Assembly: GCA_039934415.1 (NCBI GenBank)
Contig: JBDTME010000001.1
Span: 404,785-440,460, forward strand
Direction of reading: 5' to 3'
Source: Patescibacteria group bacterium
GTDB lineage: Bacteria; Patescibacteriota; Microgenomatia; UBA1400; PJMF01
DNA length: 35,676 bases
The notes under the pieces are model-generated. The model was not told where the DNA came from and made no database searches. It saw nothing but the letters and a program-made list of their open reading frames with translations. Of the stretch, positions 18,208 to 28,495 are shown piece after piece (within the stretch, counting starts at the first letter, position 1; each line of letters begins with the position of its first letter). The translations under genes were made by a program, and so were the position numbers.

Positions 18208-18666
18208 ATGAATATTCTCGTGACATACGCCACCAACTCAGGTTCCACCTATTTGGTTGCCAAATATATTTCAGAGAAACTCCAAGAGCACACTCATCAA
18301 GTCACCCTACTCAATATCATGGACGCTAACCCAGAAGATTTATTGAAATATGATTTAGTATTTCTTGGTTCGAATAGTTGGGATTTTGAACACAAAGAAG
18401 GTCAACCTCACCATGCCTTTATGCAATTCCTCGATGGAATAAAAGATGTCCAATTATCAGATCACAAGTATGTACTGTTCGGATGCGGTGATAAAAGCTA
18501 CCAATATTTCTGTGGGGCACTGACAGTTATCGAAGAGTTCGTCAAAGCACACGCTGGCCAGGTGATCGCAGAACCACTCAAGATAAATCAGTACTTCTTC
18601 AACGATACTGACAAAATTCATTCTCAAATTGATAGCTGGCTTTCTGAAGTCGAACAAAAGTTTTAA
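18208..18666 (+). CDS. Flavodoxin
   Basis: YATNSGST FMN loop, GSNSW, FGCGDKSYQYFCGA; ATG 18208 preferred. Confidence 0.9.
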   Translation: MNILVTYATNSGSTYLVAKYISEKLQEHTHQVTLLNIMDANPEDLLKYDLVFLGSNSWDFEHKEGQPHHAFMQFLDGIKDVQLSDHKYVLFGCGDKSYQYFCGALTVIEEFVKAHAGQVIAEPLKINQYFFNDTDKIHSQIDSWLSEVEQKF

Positions 18667-18714
18667 TTGAATCACCCCTAGATTTTCCCAACTTTTTCAG
18701 CGCATAATGTCCTT

Positions 18715-19092
18715 ATGTTTTCATATCTCTATAAAGTGTTACGCAGTTTCACGTACGCCGCACATGGCATGATTAGCATGCTTGGTGAACGCAATATGCA
18801 GGTACACATTACTGCCGCATTTGTAGTCATCATACTCGGGAACATCCTGCCTGTTACACAAACTGAATGGTACATTCTCCTGATACTGATTGGAGCAGTT
18901 TTCGCTTTAGAAATGATGAACACAGCAGTCGAAGAACTCGCAAATATCATCCGAGACGAGTTGAAGTTGAATTATAAAGCCACCCAACGCGCACGTGATG
19001 TTGCTGCCGGCGCTGTCTTCACGATGGCTATCATTGCAGCACTCATCGGATTAGCTATCTTTCTTCCTAAAATATTATTTATAATTGAGTAA
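18715..19092 (+). CDS. dgkA: Diacylglycerol / undecaprenol kinase (DgkA family)
   Basis: SFTYAAHG, ERNMQVH, EMMNTAVE, RDVAAGAV; 3 TM. Confidence 0.92.
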   Translation: MFSYLYKVLRSFTYAAHGMISMLGERNMQVHITAAFVVIILGNILPVTQTEWYILLILIGAVFALEMMNTAVEELANIIRDELKLNYKATQRARDVAAGAVFTMAIIAALIGLAIFLPKILFIIE

Positions 19093-19124
19093 ATTTTGTC
19101 CAAAGTTGTTGTATAATTAAATCC

Positions 19125-20666
19125 GTGCACAAACATCTAAAATCCTGGCTTCTAGAATATAAATGGCTCATCATATTGTGTGTATTTGCAGTTATTGTTC
19201 GGTTACCCCAACCTCTCACCGACACGATAGCCTTTCGCTTCGATCACGGAAAAGACTCAGTCGCAATTTTACATCTCATCAAAACGTGGAAGCCAGCACT
19301 GATCGGACCATGGACAAGTATTCCTGGTTTGTACTTTGGGCCAGGTTGGTATTATCTGCTCGCACCTGCTTTTATTCTGAGTGGTGGTCATCCTGTCGCA
19401 CCAGTCTATTTGATGATGGGACTCATTATCGTGCAGATTCTTCTGGCTGAACGCTATTTGGGAAAGTTAGAGGCAATCGCAATTGCCTGTGCTCCCCTTT
19501 GGTTGATCATTTCAAGCAGCGCCTGGAATCCATTTCCGATGACACTCCTGTCGCTACTGATACTGATTGCATTGCAACAGGTCAGAAAAAGAAAAAAACT
19601 AACGATAAAACTCGCCATTATTTTAGGCTTGAGTGCAGGATTCGGGTTCCACTTTTCTACAGCATTTGCAATTTTCTATCCACCAATTATTGCGTTGAGC
19701 TTGCTTCTGCGCAGGGTCAAATTAAATTGGAAAGCAGTACTCGTTCTATTGATTGCTTTCGCATTACCATTTATGCCCCAGGCACTCTTTGAGGTTCGTC
19801 ACCAGTTTCTAGAAACTCACGCAGTCATTAACTACTTAGTTGAAGGTAGAAAACAAGAAGCCAGTGGTGCGACAAAAGTAACAGACGTGTTAATGACGAT
19901 TATGAATGAATCAAAACTGGCAATCTTGCCTGAAATTTGGACTCCGATGGCTGGGGTAAACCAACTCATTTCATTACTCAATGCAATACTGTTGGGAGCA
20001 GGAGTCGTACTGATGGTAATAAAGAGAAAGTTGCCCAAAAACTGGCTCGAGATCTTGTTGTTTTTCATAATTCCAATTCCTGGCTTTTTTCTCCTCCATT
20101 TCAACCTGTGGTACATCCTGGGGTTAATACCAGCTGGTTTATTGTTTTGCATGTTCGCCATTCGCCAATTGCCAAAACAACTTCAATACTTTTTTGTATT
20201 CTTGATGCTGCTTACTCCAATCTCATTGGCAGCCCGTTTTTTCAGTGAGAGACCAGCTCTCAACGCAAACACAAGTTTATTGCCTGTCAAACTGCAAGCA
20301 ATCAGCGAAGTACGAAAACGAGCAAATGGCCAACCATTTGCCAGCTACCAATACGTTCCCGATATTTATGATTACGCATATCAATACCTCTATATGTACC
20401 AAGGCTTTCACGGTCAACAACTTCCTACCGAGTTTAGCTACAAACCTGGTGAGACTGCCTACATTTTAGAAAAACCAGAGCTCATGGCAAAGTTAGGATC
20501 AGTTACTCCTACCCAAGCACCAGTTATGATTTTTTATATCGTGGAAAGTGCAGACTACGATGATTTCTTAAAATCTTGGTGGGGAGACCAAAGGTACGAT
20601 CAAATTGTAGATTCTTTCAAAGTTGGTGAGAACGTCACAGTTTACCAAGCAACACCGCGTAAATAG
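19125..20666 (+). CDS. GT-C fold membrane glycosyltransferase (ArnT/PMT-like)
   Basis: First-loop FDHGKD, LIGP.TS..GLYFGPGWYYL, WNP; multiple TMs; soluble C-domain. Confidence 0.75.
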   Translation: MHKHLKSWLLEYKWLIILCVFAVIVRLPQPLTDTIAFRFDHGKDSVAILHLIKTWKPALIGPWTSIPGLYFGPGWYYLLAPAFILSGGHPVAPVYLMMGLIIVQILLAERYLGKLEAIAIACAPLWLIISSSAWNPFPMTLLSLLILIALQQVRKRKKLTIKLAIILGLSAGFGFHFSTAFAIFYPPIIALSLLLRRVKLNWKAVLVLLIAFALPFMPQALFEVRHQFLETHAVINYLVEGRKQEASGATKVTDVLMTIMNESKLAILPEIWTPMAGVNQLISLLNAILLGAGVVLMVIKRKLPKNWLEILLFFIIPIPGFFLLHFNLWYILGLIPAGLLFCMFAIRQLPKQLQYFFVFLMLLTPISLAARFFSERPALNANTSLLPVKLQAISEVRKRANGQPFASYQYVPDIYDYAYQYLYMYQGFHGQQLPTEFSYKPGETAYILEKPELMAKLGSVTPTQAPVMIFYIVESADYDDFLKSWWGDQRYDQIVDSFKVGENVTVYQATPRK

Positions 20667-20668
20667 TT

Positions 20669-22429
20669 ATGAGTCACCACCTTATTTCTGTTGCTCGTAG
20701 ACACTATTTCCTCCTCCTCATTTTTCTCACTTGTTGCAGTCTCTTAACTAGAATCCTTTTTCTGAACTCCCTCCCTTCTGAACTGCATCGGGACGAAGCA
20801 AATATTGCCTATAATGCGTACTCGATATTAAAGACGGGAAAGGATGAGCACGGCAAATCGTATCCTGTCATCTTTGAATCCTTCGGCGATTACAAATTAC
20901 CTGTCATGGTCTATCTGACTGAAGTGAGTATCGCTTTGAAAGGACTAGAACCGGGGGTTGTTAGAGTACCTAATGCGTTGCTCGCAACTTTGCTCATTCC
21001 AGCCTTCTTTGGCTTGTCATATGAATTGTTCAAAAGAAAACAAACCGCATTGTGTGCAAGCGCTGTTCTCACTTTTAGTGTTTGGCACACTTTCTTGGCA
21101 CGGACCATTTACGAGCCAATTGCTGGACTTACCTTCTCAACAATTGGTCTCTATTTTTTACTCAAGGCCAGACACTCTTCTGTTTGGTTCATTCCGGCCG
21201 CACTCTTTTTTTTAATAGCATGTTTTACATACAACTTACCGATGCTATTTATTCCACTCATAGTAGTGGCAAGCGCACTCATTTTTCGCAAAGAATATCA
21301 TCTCCATTCACTGCAGAAATTTAGTGGTTTTCTTCTCGTGGGAGTTGCGTTTCTCATCCCCTTTTTGATCACACTCCCGCTTGCACAACAGAAATCTGGC
21401 GCAACTCTTTTTTCAAATCAACAACTCCTGGATGAAAGCCAAGCCAATTTCGCCGCACTCATCCGACAAAGAGTACCCTATAAAATCAGTGTTGTGCTCA
21501 CCAATCGTTACTCAACTGGTTTGACGCAGTTCGTAGCAAATTACGCAGCAGTATGGAATCCTCAATATCTTTTTATCAAAGGCAATGACAACCCTTGGCA
21601 CAGTCTGCAGTTGATTCGAGTTGGCAGTTTCCATTGGGGTGCAATTCCTTTCATATTGATAGGCATGCTCTTGCTCATCCGTAGAGCACCCAAATGGTCA
21701 AAGTCAGAATTGTTAATTCTCATCTACTTGCTGTTTTCACCGGTAATCAACTCGCTTACACTTGATTCTCCGAACACAAATCGGTTAATGGATTTTCACC
21801 TAGCTGTTACTTTGATCTTGGCTATTGGGTTGAGTTGGACAATCGATCAACTCCGTTTTAGCAAGAATCGTCAAATCAAAGTATTTTTGTGTTTACTGAT
21901 TGGTTACTATCTGATGAGTTGGTCCAATGCGATGATGAAGTACACACTGTTACACTCTTCTCACTTAGATATCAAATGGCATGAAGGTGTAGAGAAAGCT
22001 TCACAAACACTTGCTCCTCTCCTTACAGATGTTGACATCATTTATGTAGATGCGTCAAACTTACCTGACTACTACTTGTTGTATACCGAATTTGCGTTCT
22101 ACACCAAACTTGATCCCCAGGTTTTTCAAAACACAGCACAGTGGGACAAACAGTTTTCATTTTTGGCACCACATCAGTTCGCTAACTATCGGATGATCCT
22201 CCCTTTCAAAATCGATAATCTGACCAATGTCGACACTACTCAATATTTCCCACCGGGTGTAAACACAGTCATTTTTGTGAAACGTTTATCACCGTCAGAT
22301 ACCATTAGTTCTTATCACACCGCAATCATCAACAACTACAAAGGCGAACCTATTTGGGAAGTTGCTAAAGTGACTAAACAAGAAATCGAAGATCGACTAC
22401 ATCCAGCAGTTCTACTCAAGAAGAAATAA
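20669..22429 (+). CDS. GT39/ArnT-like glycosyltransferase
   Basis: RDEANIAYNAYSILKTGKDEHGKSYP..FESFGDYKLP; multiple TMs. Confidence 0.85.
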   Translation: MSHHLISVARRHYFLLLIFLTCCSLLTRILFLNSLPSELHRDEANIAYNAYSILKTGKDEHGKSYPVIFESFGDYKLPVMVYLTEVSIALKGLEPGVVRVPNALLATLLIPAFFGLSYELFKRKQTALCASAVLTFSVWHTFLARTIYEPIAGLTFSTIGLYFLLKARHSSVWFIPAALFFLIACFTYNLPMLFIPLIVVASALIFRKEYHLHSLQKFSGFLLVGVAFLIPFLITLPLAQQKSGATLFSNQQLLDESQANFAALIRQRVPYKISVVLTNRYSTGLTQFVANYAAVWNPQYLFIKGNDNPWHSLQLIRVGSFHWGAIPFILIGMLLLIRRAPKWSKSELLILIYLLFSPVINSLTLDSPNTNRLMDFHLAVTLILAIGLSWTIDQLRFSKNRQIKVFLCLLIGYYLMSWSNAMMKYTLLHSSHLDIKWHEGVEKASQTLAPLLTDVDIIYVDASNLPDYYLLYTEFAFYTKLDPQVFQNTAQWDKQFSFLAPHQFANYRMILPFKIDNLTNVDTTQYFPPGVNTVIFVKRLSPSDTISSYHTAIINNYKGEPIWEVAKVTKQEIEDRLHPAVLLKKK

Positions 22430-22431
22430 AC

Positions 22432-24228
22432 TCATCTCATTACAGCAAAGAACGATTTACAGAAAGTGTCTTGTGGAAGACTCTCAATTTGAAACACGTC
22501 TTTTGTTACATGACTAAAGGGCGGAAGTCCATATTGTTGACATATCGAATCGTTGTAAATCTTATAGACACTACCACTGTCAATTAATGAAGGAATCATT
22601 ATGCGCGCACTTGGATTCGTCATCGCTTCACTCTCACCTTCACAGAAGGGAATTCTGGCATCCACAATCGCAACATGCTCACCCAGTTTTGTAGGCGAGA
22701 AACACTCTCCAATCACCTGCACTGCATTCACCGCAAAAACTTTAGATTGATATGCTTGATGGATTTGGTCGAGTGAGTTCTTTTGAATGACATTTGCTAG
22801 CGTAAGGTAGGTCGTAAACGTAAAATACGGTTCTTCTGCATACACATATACTTGCTTTCCTACAGCACTCTCTTCTTTTACATACCTTGAGAGAACTCGT
22901 TCTGCTAAGTATCCTTGATTCGTTCCATACACAGGATAACGAACAAAATAATCATAAAAGAACATCACAATAAAAATCATGTAGATACCAGCAACACCAG
23001 CTATTAACCATCGCGGCTTGAGCACTTGCCACATTTTCCACAAACCCATCGCTGAGAGTAGGATTCCCCAGGGGAACAAGAAGCTCGCACGGAAAAACAT
23101 CCAAGTATCTTTGCTATTAATGGCGGAAGGCAAAGGTGCGATCAAAACCATCGTTGTAATAAATATCGCCTGAGATCGCCATTTTTTTTGAGAAAACAAC
23201 ACGGCTATTCCTACCAGGATGAGTGGTAAATCAACTAAATGAAAGATGCCTTTTGACCAAACTGCAAACGGATTTCGCAACGCGTCAACGTGTAAGAATA
23301 ACTGTGAAAATTCAAAGCTGTTTAAATATTTCTCACTAAAAATTTCAAATAAAACTGTAGCTTTGTTATTCAAAATTTTATTCAATGGTGAAACTAAACC
23401 TTGTGCACGTTCTTTATTCATTCTTGTTTCGATAAAATCATGATTCAAAAAAATGAGATCATTGACTCGGCCACCTGCTTCAGTTTGACTTAAGCGAAAC
23501 AAATGAATTCCAAAAAAAAGGATAGCGATAATGAAAAAAACGAGGTAGACATAATTCTTTTTCACCAACTTGAGCCACTGCACTGGCCTCTCTTCAAATA
23601 CTTTCATTTGGTAAAGTACCATCATGAAAATCATCGGCAAAAATAGAATCTTAAGACCTTGATATTGATAAAAACCGAGCACAAACAGCAGAAAACTCAA
23701 CGGCAGCATTTTTTTCTGTGAAGATAATCCCACCCAAATCGCCGAAAAATAGAAAAACAAACTGAGTAATGAATCAAAAGACATGCGCGAATTTTCAAAC
23801 CACCAGGGGTTGAACAAACAAACAGTCGCAGTTACTAATGCCAATTTCCGACTGTGAAAAAGCTGCAAAACCACACCTGCTAATACGAGCGCAAATGCAC
23901 TCCCCAACACTGCGTGTGTGAAACGACCAGCAAGCAACGGATTGTTTGGGAATAGCAAAGCACCTGGTACCATCATCAAACCCGGTAACTCGGCATATAA
24001 TGGATTAGCTGCCTGTAAACTTAAAGGTGAAACTTGGCCTGTTAAATCAAGCCCATCTAGAGCAATTGTTTTTGCTTCGGCTAAATAATAAATTTCGTCA
24101 TGAGAAACAACAGGACTCAAATTTGAAAGTTTATAGAAGTGAATGAACAATCCAACTATAAAAAGACCCACACATATGAGGTAAAAAGTGATCTTTCGCT
24201 GATGAAGAAAAGAGTTATGCATACTCAT
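22432..24228 (-). CDS. GT39/ArnT-like glycosyltransferase
   Basis: HDEIYYLAEAKTIALDGLDLTG, NPWW..NSR; multiple TMs. Start uncertain (ATG 24228 or 24222, or TTG 24258). Confidence 0.78.
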   Translation of the reverse strand: MSMHNSFLHQRKITFYLICVGLFIVGLFIHFYKLSNLSPVVSHDEIYYLAEAKTIALDGLDLTGQVSPLSLQAANPLYAELPGLMMVPGALLFPNNPLLAGRFTHAVLGSAFALVLAGVVLQLFHSRKLALVTATVCLFNPWWFENSRMSFDSLLSLFFYFSAIWVGLSSQKKMLPLSFLLFVLGFYQYQGLKILFLPMIFMMVLYQMKVFEERPVQWLKLVKKNYVYLVFFIIAILFFGIHLFRLSQTEAGGRVNDLIFLNHDFIETRMNKERAQGLVSPLNKILNNKATVLFEIFSEKYLNSFEFSQLFLHVDALRNPFAVWSKGIFHLVDLPLILVGIAVLFSQKKWRSQAIFITTMVLIAPLPSAINSKDTWMFFRASFLFPWGILLSAMGLWKMWQVLKPRWLIAGVAGIYMIFIVMFFYDYFVRYPVYGTNQGYLAERVLSRYVKEESAVGKQVYVYAEEPYFTFTTYLTLANVIQKNSLDQIHQAYQSKVFAVNAVQVIGECFSPTKLGEHVAIVDARIPFCEGESEAMTNPSARIMIPSLIDSGSVYKIYNDSICQQYGLPPFSHVTKDVFQIESLPQDTFCKSFFAVMR

Positions 24229-24297
24229 CTGTACAGATAAAAATATGTTACCATACAATAGTTGAGAAAAAAATTTTACTTTTATTTCAAAAAGTTC

Positions 24298-26049
24298 ATG
24301 AAACGTCAGCTAAGCAAGATCAAAAACTATTGGTCTCAAGCAACCATACTATTATTAATTCTTGTTTTTGCATTTTCAATTCGGTTATTTCAGCTCGACG
24401 AATCACCAAAAGGTGCGTTGATTGATGAAGCTCATTTTGGGTATCTCGCCTGGTCAATACTGGAAACAGGCAAAGATGAACATGGAGTTCCCTTTCCCTT
24501 AAATTTCAAAGGTTTTGGTGACGATAAATTACCTCTCCAGGTTTACTTACTGGTGCCAATCGTAAAATTTTTTGGGCTCAGTAACGCCACAATTCGCTAT
24601 CCTTCAGTTTTGCTCGGTAGTTTGTTAACACTCTTGATGTATTTCTTGAGCCGTCGGTCAGGTTTTACGCATCAATGGGCACTGCTGGCTGCATTTATCA
24701 CAGCGATCAGTCCTTGGCCTTTCATATTGAGTCGGTTTGGTTTTGAGTCAAATATTGCGTTATTCTTCTTCACACTCGGTCTGATCTTTCTGATGAGTTT
24801 TCTAAGAAATGGTAAAAAATACTTCTTGTTGGGCTGGGCAGTTTGTTTTGCAGTGACTTGGTATGCATATATAGCTTATCGACCCATCACAATTGGCTTC
24901 TTCATCCTCACGGTACTATCTTTACGGTTTATAAAAAAAATTACGACCAAACAGTTGCTCGGATTCGTGTTGATCTTTGTCGTCGCCATCATTCCTTTAT
25001 TCCAACGTTCCGTCATTGGAAATAATAGCACACGACTCAGTCAGGTAGGTATCTTCCATGAACCAAGCCTTGCTCTTGAAGTAAATGAGTTTCGCAGTTT
25101 TTGTGTCTCGTATCTGTACCAACCCAAACTGTGTTATCTCGTTTCAAATAAATACGTCGTCGCATTTCGATTTTTGCTCAATAGATACTTAGAGGCTTTT
25201 TCGCCCAATTTCTTGGGTACGCATGGAGAATCAAATGAAAAATTCTTGACTGCAGAAAATGCGGGTCAATTTGCCAGTATTTTATATCCTTTTTTCATCA
25301 TCGGATTTGTCAGATTAATTATAGTCTGCATTGAAGACTGGAATGAAAAAAGAGCTTCTCATCAATTTCTGATCAGTTCCTTGATCTTGTTCGGATTATT
25401 ACTGACACCTATTCCTTCCATCTTAGCCGGCGATCCACAAAAAGTTCGAATCTCTGCATTTTATCCTTTTGTGGTGTTGACGATGATGCTAGGTATGTCT
25501 TGGCTTTACAACACGATCAAAGTGAAAAAGATATTTAAACAGTTAACTGTCTTGTTAATTCTTGGAGTTTTATTTATTCAATCTGCTCAATTTTTGACAA
25601 ATTGGTTTGGAGTTCATACGCTGAAACACGGTGATATGTATCAAAGCTATTTGCCAAAGTTATTTCGTTACCTTCAACCTCAACTCGAAAATCCAGACAC
25701 GCATGTCTATGTCAAACCATTTTTCTCGGATCCGATCATGTTCTATGCCTACTATACTCATTATGACCCAGCAAAATATCAACAACTTGCGAAGCTTGGA
25801 GTGAAAGAAGCTTCAGGATTTCAACACACAGTTCAATTAGAAAATTTCTTTGTCACTCAAGTTTCACTCGGTGAAATAGGCTGCCAAGCAATTCTCACCG
25901 GTCAAAGAACGTTATATATCACGTCGGAAAAGATTGAAGGCGCGAATGTAGCATTCAGTGTGTATTCAGAGAATGGTGTGGATCCAATGGTGTTTGTATA
26001 CAATGCACCATTATCGGTAGATCCCAAAAAATGCGCTGCGATTCAATAA
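24298..26049 (+). CDS. GT39/ArnT-like glycosyltransferase
   Basis: IDEAHFGYLAWSILETGKDEHG..FP..FKGFGDDKLP, SPWPFILSR.GFE; ATG 24298 is preferred to TTG 24262. Confidence 0.85.
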   Translation: MKRQLSKIKNYWSQATILLLILVFAFSIRLFQLDESPKGALIDEAHFGYLAWSILETGKDEHGVPFPLNFKGFGDDKLPLQVYLLVPIVKFFGLSNATIRYPSVLLGSLLTLLMYFLSRRSGFTHQWALLAAFITAISPWPFILSRFGFESNIALFFFTLGLIFLMSFLRNGKKYFLLGWAVCFAVTWYAYIAYRPITIGFFILTVLSLRFIKKITTKQLLGFVLIFVVAIIPLFQRSVIGNNSTRLSQVGIFHEPSLALEVNEFRSFCVSYLYQPKLCYLVSNKYVVAFRFLLNRYLEAFSPNFLGTHGESNEKFLTAENAGQFASILYPFFIIGFVRLIIVCIEDWNEKRASHQFLISSLILFGLLLTPIPSILAGDPQKVRISAFYPFVVLTMMLGMSWLYNTIKVKKIFKQLTVLLILGVLFIQSAQFLTNWFGVHTLKHGDMYQSYLPKLFRYLQPQLENPDTHVYVKPFFSDPIMFYAYYTHYDPAKYQQLAKLGVKEASGFQHTVQLENFFVTQVSLGEIGCQAILTGQRTLYITSEKIEGANVAFSVYSENGVDPMVFVYNAPLSVDPKKCAAIQ

Positions 26050-26103
26050 TTACTGTAAATCGTTTGGTGTACAATAGGCCCTAATTCTAAACTAAAGGAT
26101 CAT

Positions 26104-26868
26104 ATGCCATTGCTTTATATTTTCGGATTCATTTTCGCAGTCTTGATTTTCGTAGTACGACCAATCGTGCTCAATGAGTATGAACGCGGAGTAGTCTATA
26201 TGTTGGGCCGATACACCGGCATGATGGGACCAGGACTTCACTTCATCATCCCCTTAATTCAAATGGTGAAAAAAGTTGATATTCGTGTCAAAGCAGTCGA
26301 TATTCCCAAACAAGAAGTCGTCTCAAAAGATAATGTCTCCTACAAGATGAACGCTGTGATTTATTACAAAGTCGATGATGCATCAAAAACAATCAATGAA
26401 GTAGAAAATGTGTTTTGGGCTGTTTCCCAACTCGCACAAACCACGATGCGTCGAATTGCTGGTGAAGCAACTTTGGATGAGCTGTTATCGAATCGGGAAA
26501 AAATCGCCAAAGAAATCATGGCAGCCGTTGATCCTATTACTGAAGAATGGGGAATTAATGTTTCATCAGTGGAGCTTAAAGACATTGAACTTCCTGAATC
26601 GATGGTCAGAACGATGGCCAAACAAGCCGAGGCCGAACGCGAGAAACGTGCCACAATCATCAGTTCTGAAGGTGAAGTACAAGCTTCACAAAATTTAGCA
26701 CATGCAGCAAAAGTGTTATCTGCTAGTCCCGGTGCACTGCACTTACGCACACTTAACTCTATTAATGATATTTCGTCAGATCAATCTAACACCGTCGTGT
26801 TTGCGGTACCTTTGGAAGTGCTTGAGGCTTTTCAAGGTTTAAGTGAGTACACTCATAGCAAAGCCTAA
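26104..26868 (+). CDS. SPFH/stomatin (slipin) family protein
   Basis: EYERGVVYMLG, GPGLHFIIP, VDIR, AQTTMR, QAEAEREKRA, ALHLRTL. Confidence 0.93.
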   Translation: MPLLYIFGFIFAVLIFVVRPIVLNEYERGVVYMLGRYTGMMGPGLHFIIPLIQMVKKVDIRVKAVDIPKQEVVSKDNVSYKMNAVIYYKVDDASKTINEVENVFWAVSQLAQTTMRRIAGEATLDELLSNREKIAKEIMAAVDPITEEWGINVSSVELKDIELPESMVRTMAKQAEAEREKRATIISSEGEVQASQNLAHAAKVLSASPGALHLRTLNSINDISSDQSNTVVFAVPLEVLEAFQGLSEYTHSKA

Positions 26869-26896
26869 CCAATTGGATGCAGCAAAGATACGGTGA

Positions 26897-27538
26897 TTAA
26901 TCTTCAATCTTTTTCGCATCTTCAATTGTGAAGTCCCCAACTCTAGTTCTGACTAAGTCAGACATGTATCCACCCACACTCAATTCTTCACCGATGTCTC
27001 GCGCTAAAGAACGAATATAGACTCCCTTGCCACACTTCACTTTTATTTGCAAAAGTGGCCAAACATATTTGATCAAATCAATTGTAAAAATCACTACCTG
27101 ACGTGGTTGGAGTTCAACAGTTTCGCCTTGCCGAACACGACGATGTGCTGGTCGTCCTTGAATTTTTATTGCACTGTATATGGGTGGAAGTTGATCAACT
27201 TCTCCGACCCAGTGAGCAAGTACTTCTTGAACTTCTTTTTCGGTAGAAATATGAGCTACTTCTCGTTCTGTTTTCTCTCCTTCAGCATCATCCGTGGTAC
27301 TCGTTTTTCCAAATGTAATCTCGGCAAGATATTCTTTGTCAGTTTTCATGAGGGAATCTAATTGCTTGGTAAACTCACGACCAACAGCTACAACCAGTAC
27401 ACCTGAGGCTAACGGATCTAGTGTGCCCGCATGGCCAACTCGCTGTATTCCTGACAACCTCCGAATTTTATCAATCACATCGTGTGATGTAATACCTTTT
27501 GGTTTAAAAATTGAGTAAATACCAGGGATGAAAGTCAT
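26897..27538 (-). CDS. truB: tRNA pseudouridine(55) synthase TruB, lacking the PUA domain
   Basis: KPKGITSHDV, VGHAGTLDPLASGVL, PPIYSAIK, GVYIRSLARDIG; ATG 27538 avoids overlap with the upstream gene. Confidence 0.95.
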   Translation of the reverse strand: MTFIPGIYSIFKPKGITSHDVIDKIRRLSGIQRVGHAGTLDPLASGVLVVAVGREFTKQLDSLMKTDKEYLAEITFGKTSTTDDAEGEKTEREVAHISTEKEVQEVLAHWVGEVDQLPPIYSAIKIQGRPAHRRVRQGETVELQPRQVVIFTIDLIKYVWPLLQIKVKCGKGVYIRSLARDIGEELSVGGYMSDLVRTRVGDFTIEDAKKIED

Positions 27539-27545
27539 AGAAAAC

Positions 27546-28028
27546 TCAGGCAAACGGCAACTCAATGTTATCGACTCCTCTGATAATTTTATCAATTCTT
27601 TGCATTCCTAATTTTTTAAGCACTGCTATGTCTTGTAATGTTACTATGGACAGCGGTAACTGACTCGCTTCTTCTATAGTAAACCAACCGATTCTCTCGC
27701 ATTTTTCAGGTTCCATCACTCTCGGTTCACCCTGGATGATTCGGCAGAAAAAAGTTGGGGACACCCAGTGTTGCTTTTCGTCAGGTAAAATATGATCGGC
27801 CACTTGCAAAAGCTGAAGGACTTTAATCTCAACACCCAACTCTTCCTTCGCTTCCCGCGTAATCGCTTCAGCTAATGTTTCTCCAAACTCCACTCCTCCA
27901 CCAGGAATCTCCCATTTCCCTTGCTCATTCTTTGCTTTCGGTCCGCGCAAAGCTACCAAAAACTTTCCTTTATCATTAAAAATGAGCGCACCCACACCAA
28001 CGCCGATATAATCAATGCCTTTTTTCAA
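27546..28028 (-). CDS. NUDIX hydrolase
   Basis: Nudix box GGGVEFGETLAEAITREAKEELG; EPEKC motif; TTG start overlaps the upstream stop. Confidence 0.92.
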   Translation of the reverse strand: MKKGIDYIGVGVGALIFNDKGKFLVALRGPKAKNEQGKWEIPGGGVEFGETLAEAITREAKEELGVEIKVLQLLQVADHILPDEKQHWVSPTFFCRIIQGEPRVMEPEKCERIGWFTIEEASQLPLSIVTLQDIAVLKKLGMQRIDKIIRGVDNIELPFA

Positions 28029-28495
28029 AGAAAGCCTTTCAATTTCGCTACAGCTGCTTTGGCAGCCTTCGGCAAAGGATATTTCTCTAATTCATCAAAC
28101 TTCACAAACCCAACGAATTCAGTTGTACCTTCAGTTGCTTCGACCAACTCTCCTACCAGCTTTGCAGAATAGAACATCTGGATTGTTTGATAAAAATTGC
28201 CATTACCATGTTTGAAAAAACCTTGCTCCACATGGATAATGTTTCCAATAGCAGCTTTAGCACCAGCTTCTTCCATGAGTTCTCTTTCTAAGGCTTCTTC
28301 TATACTTTCTCCGAACTCAATGCCTCCTCCTGGAACGTCGTACAATTTTTCATTTCTATTTTTAATGATCAAGATTGAATCCTCTTGGACAATGAGTGCG
28401 TAGGCAGACACTCGCCAACTTACTGCTTGGCCATCGTATTGCATTACCTCTTGATCTGCGTTGGTAAATACTCGATTAGAAAAGTTGTTCATCAC
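28025..28495 (-). CDS. NUDIX hydrolase
   Basis: Nudix box GGGIEFGESIEEALERELMEEAG. Confidence 0.92.
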   Translation of the reverse strand: MMNNFSNRVFTNADQEVMQYDGQAVSWRVSAYALIVQEDSILIIKNRNEKLYDVPGGGIEFGESIEEALERELMEEAGAKAAIGNIIHVEQGFFKHGNGNFYQTIQMFYSAKLVGELVEATEGTTEFVGFVKFDELEKYPLPKAAKAAVAKLKGFL

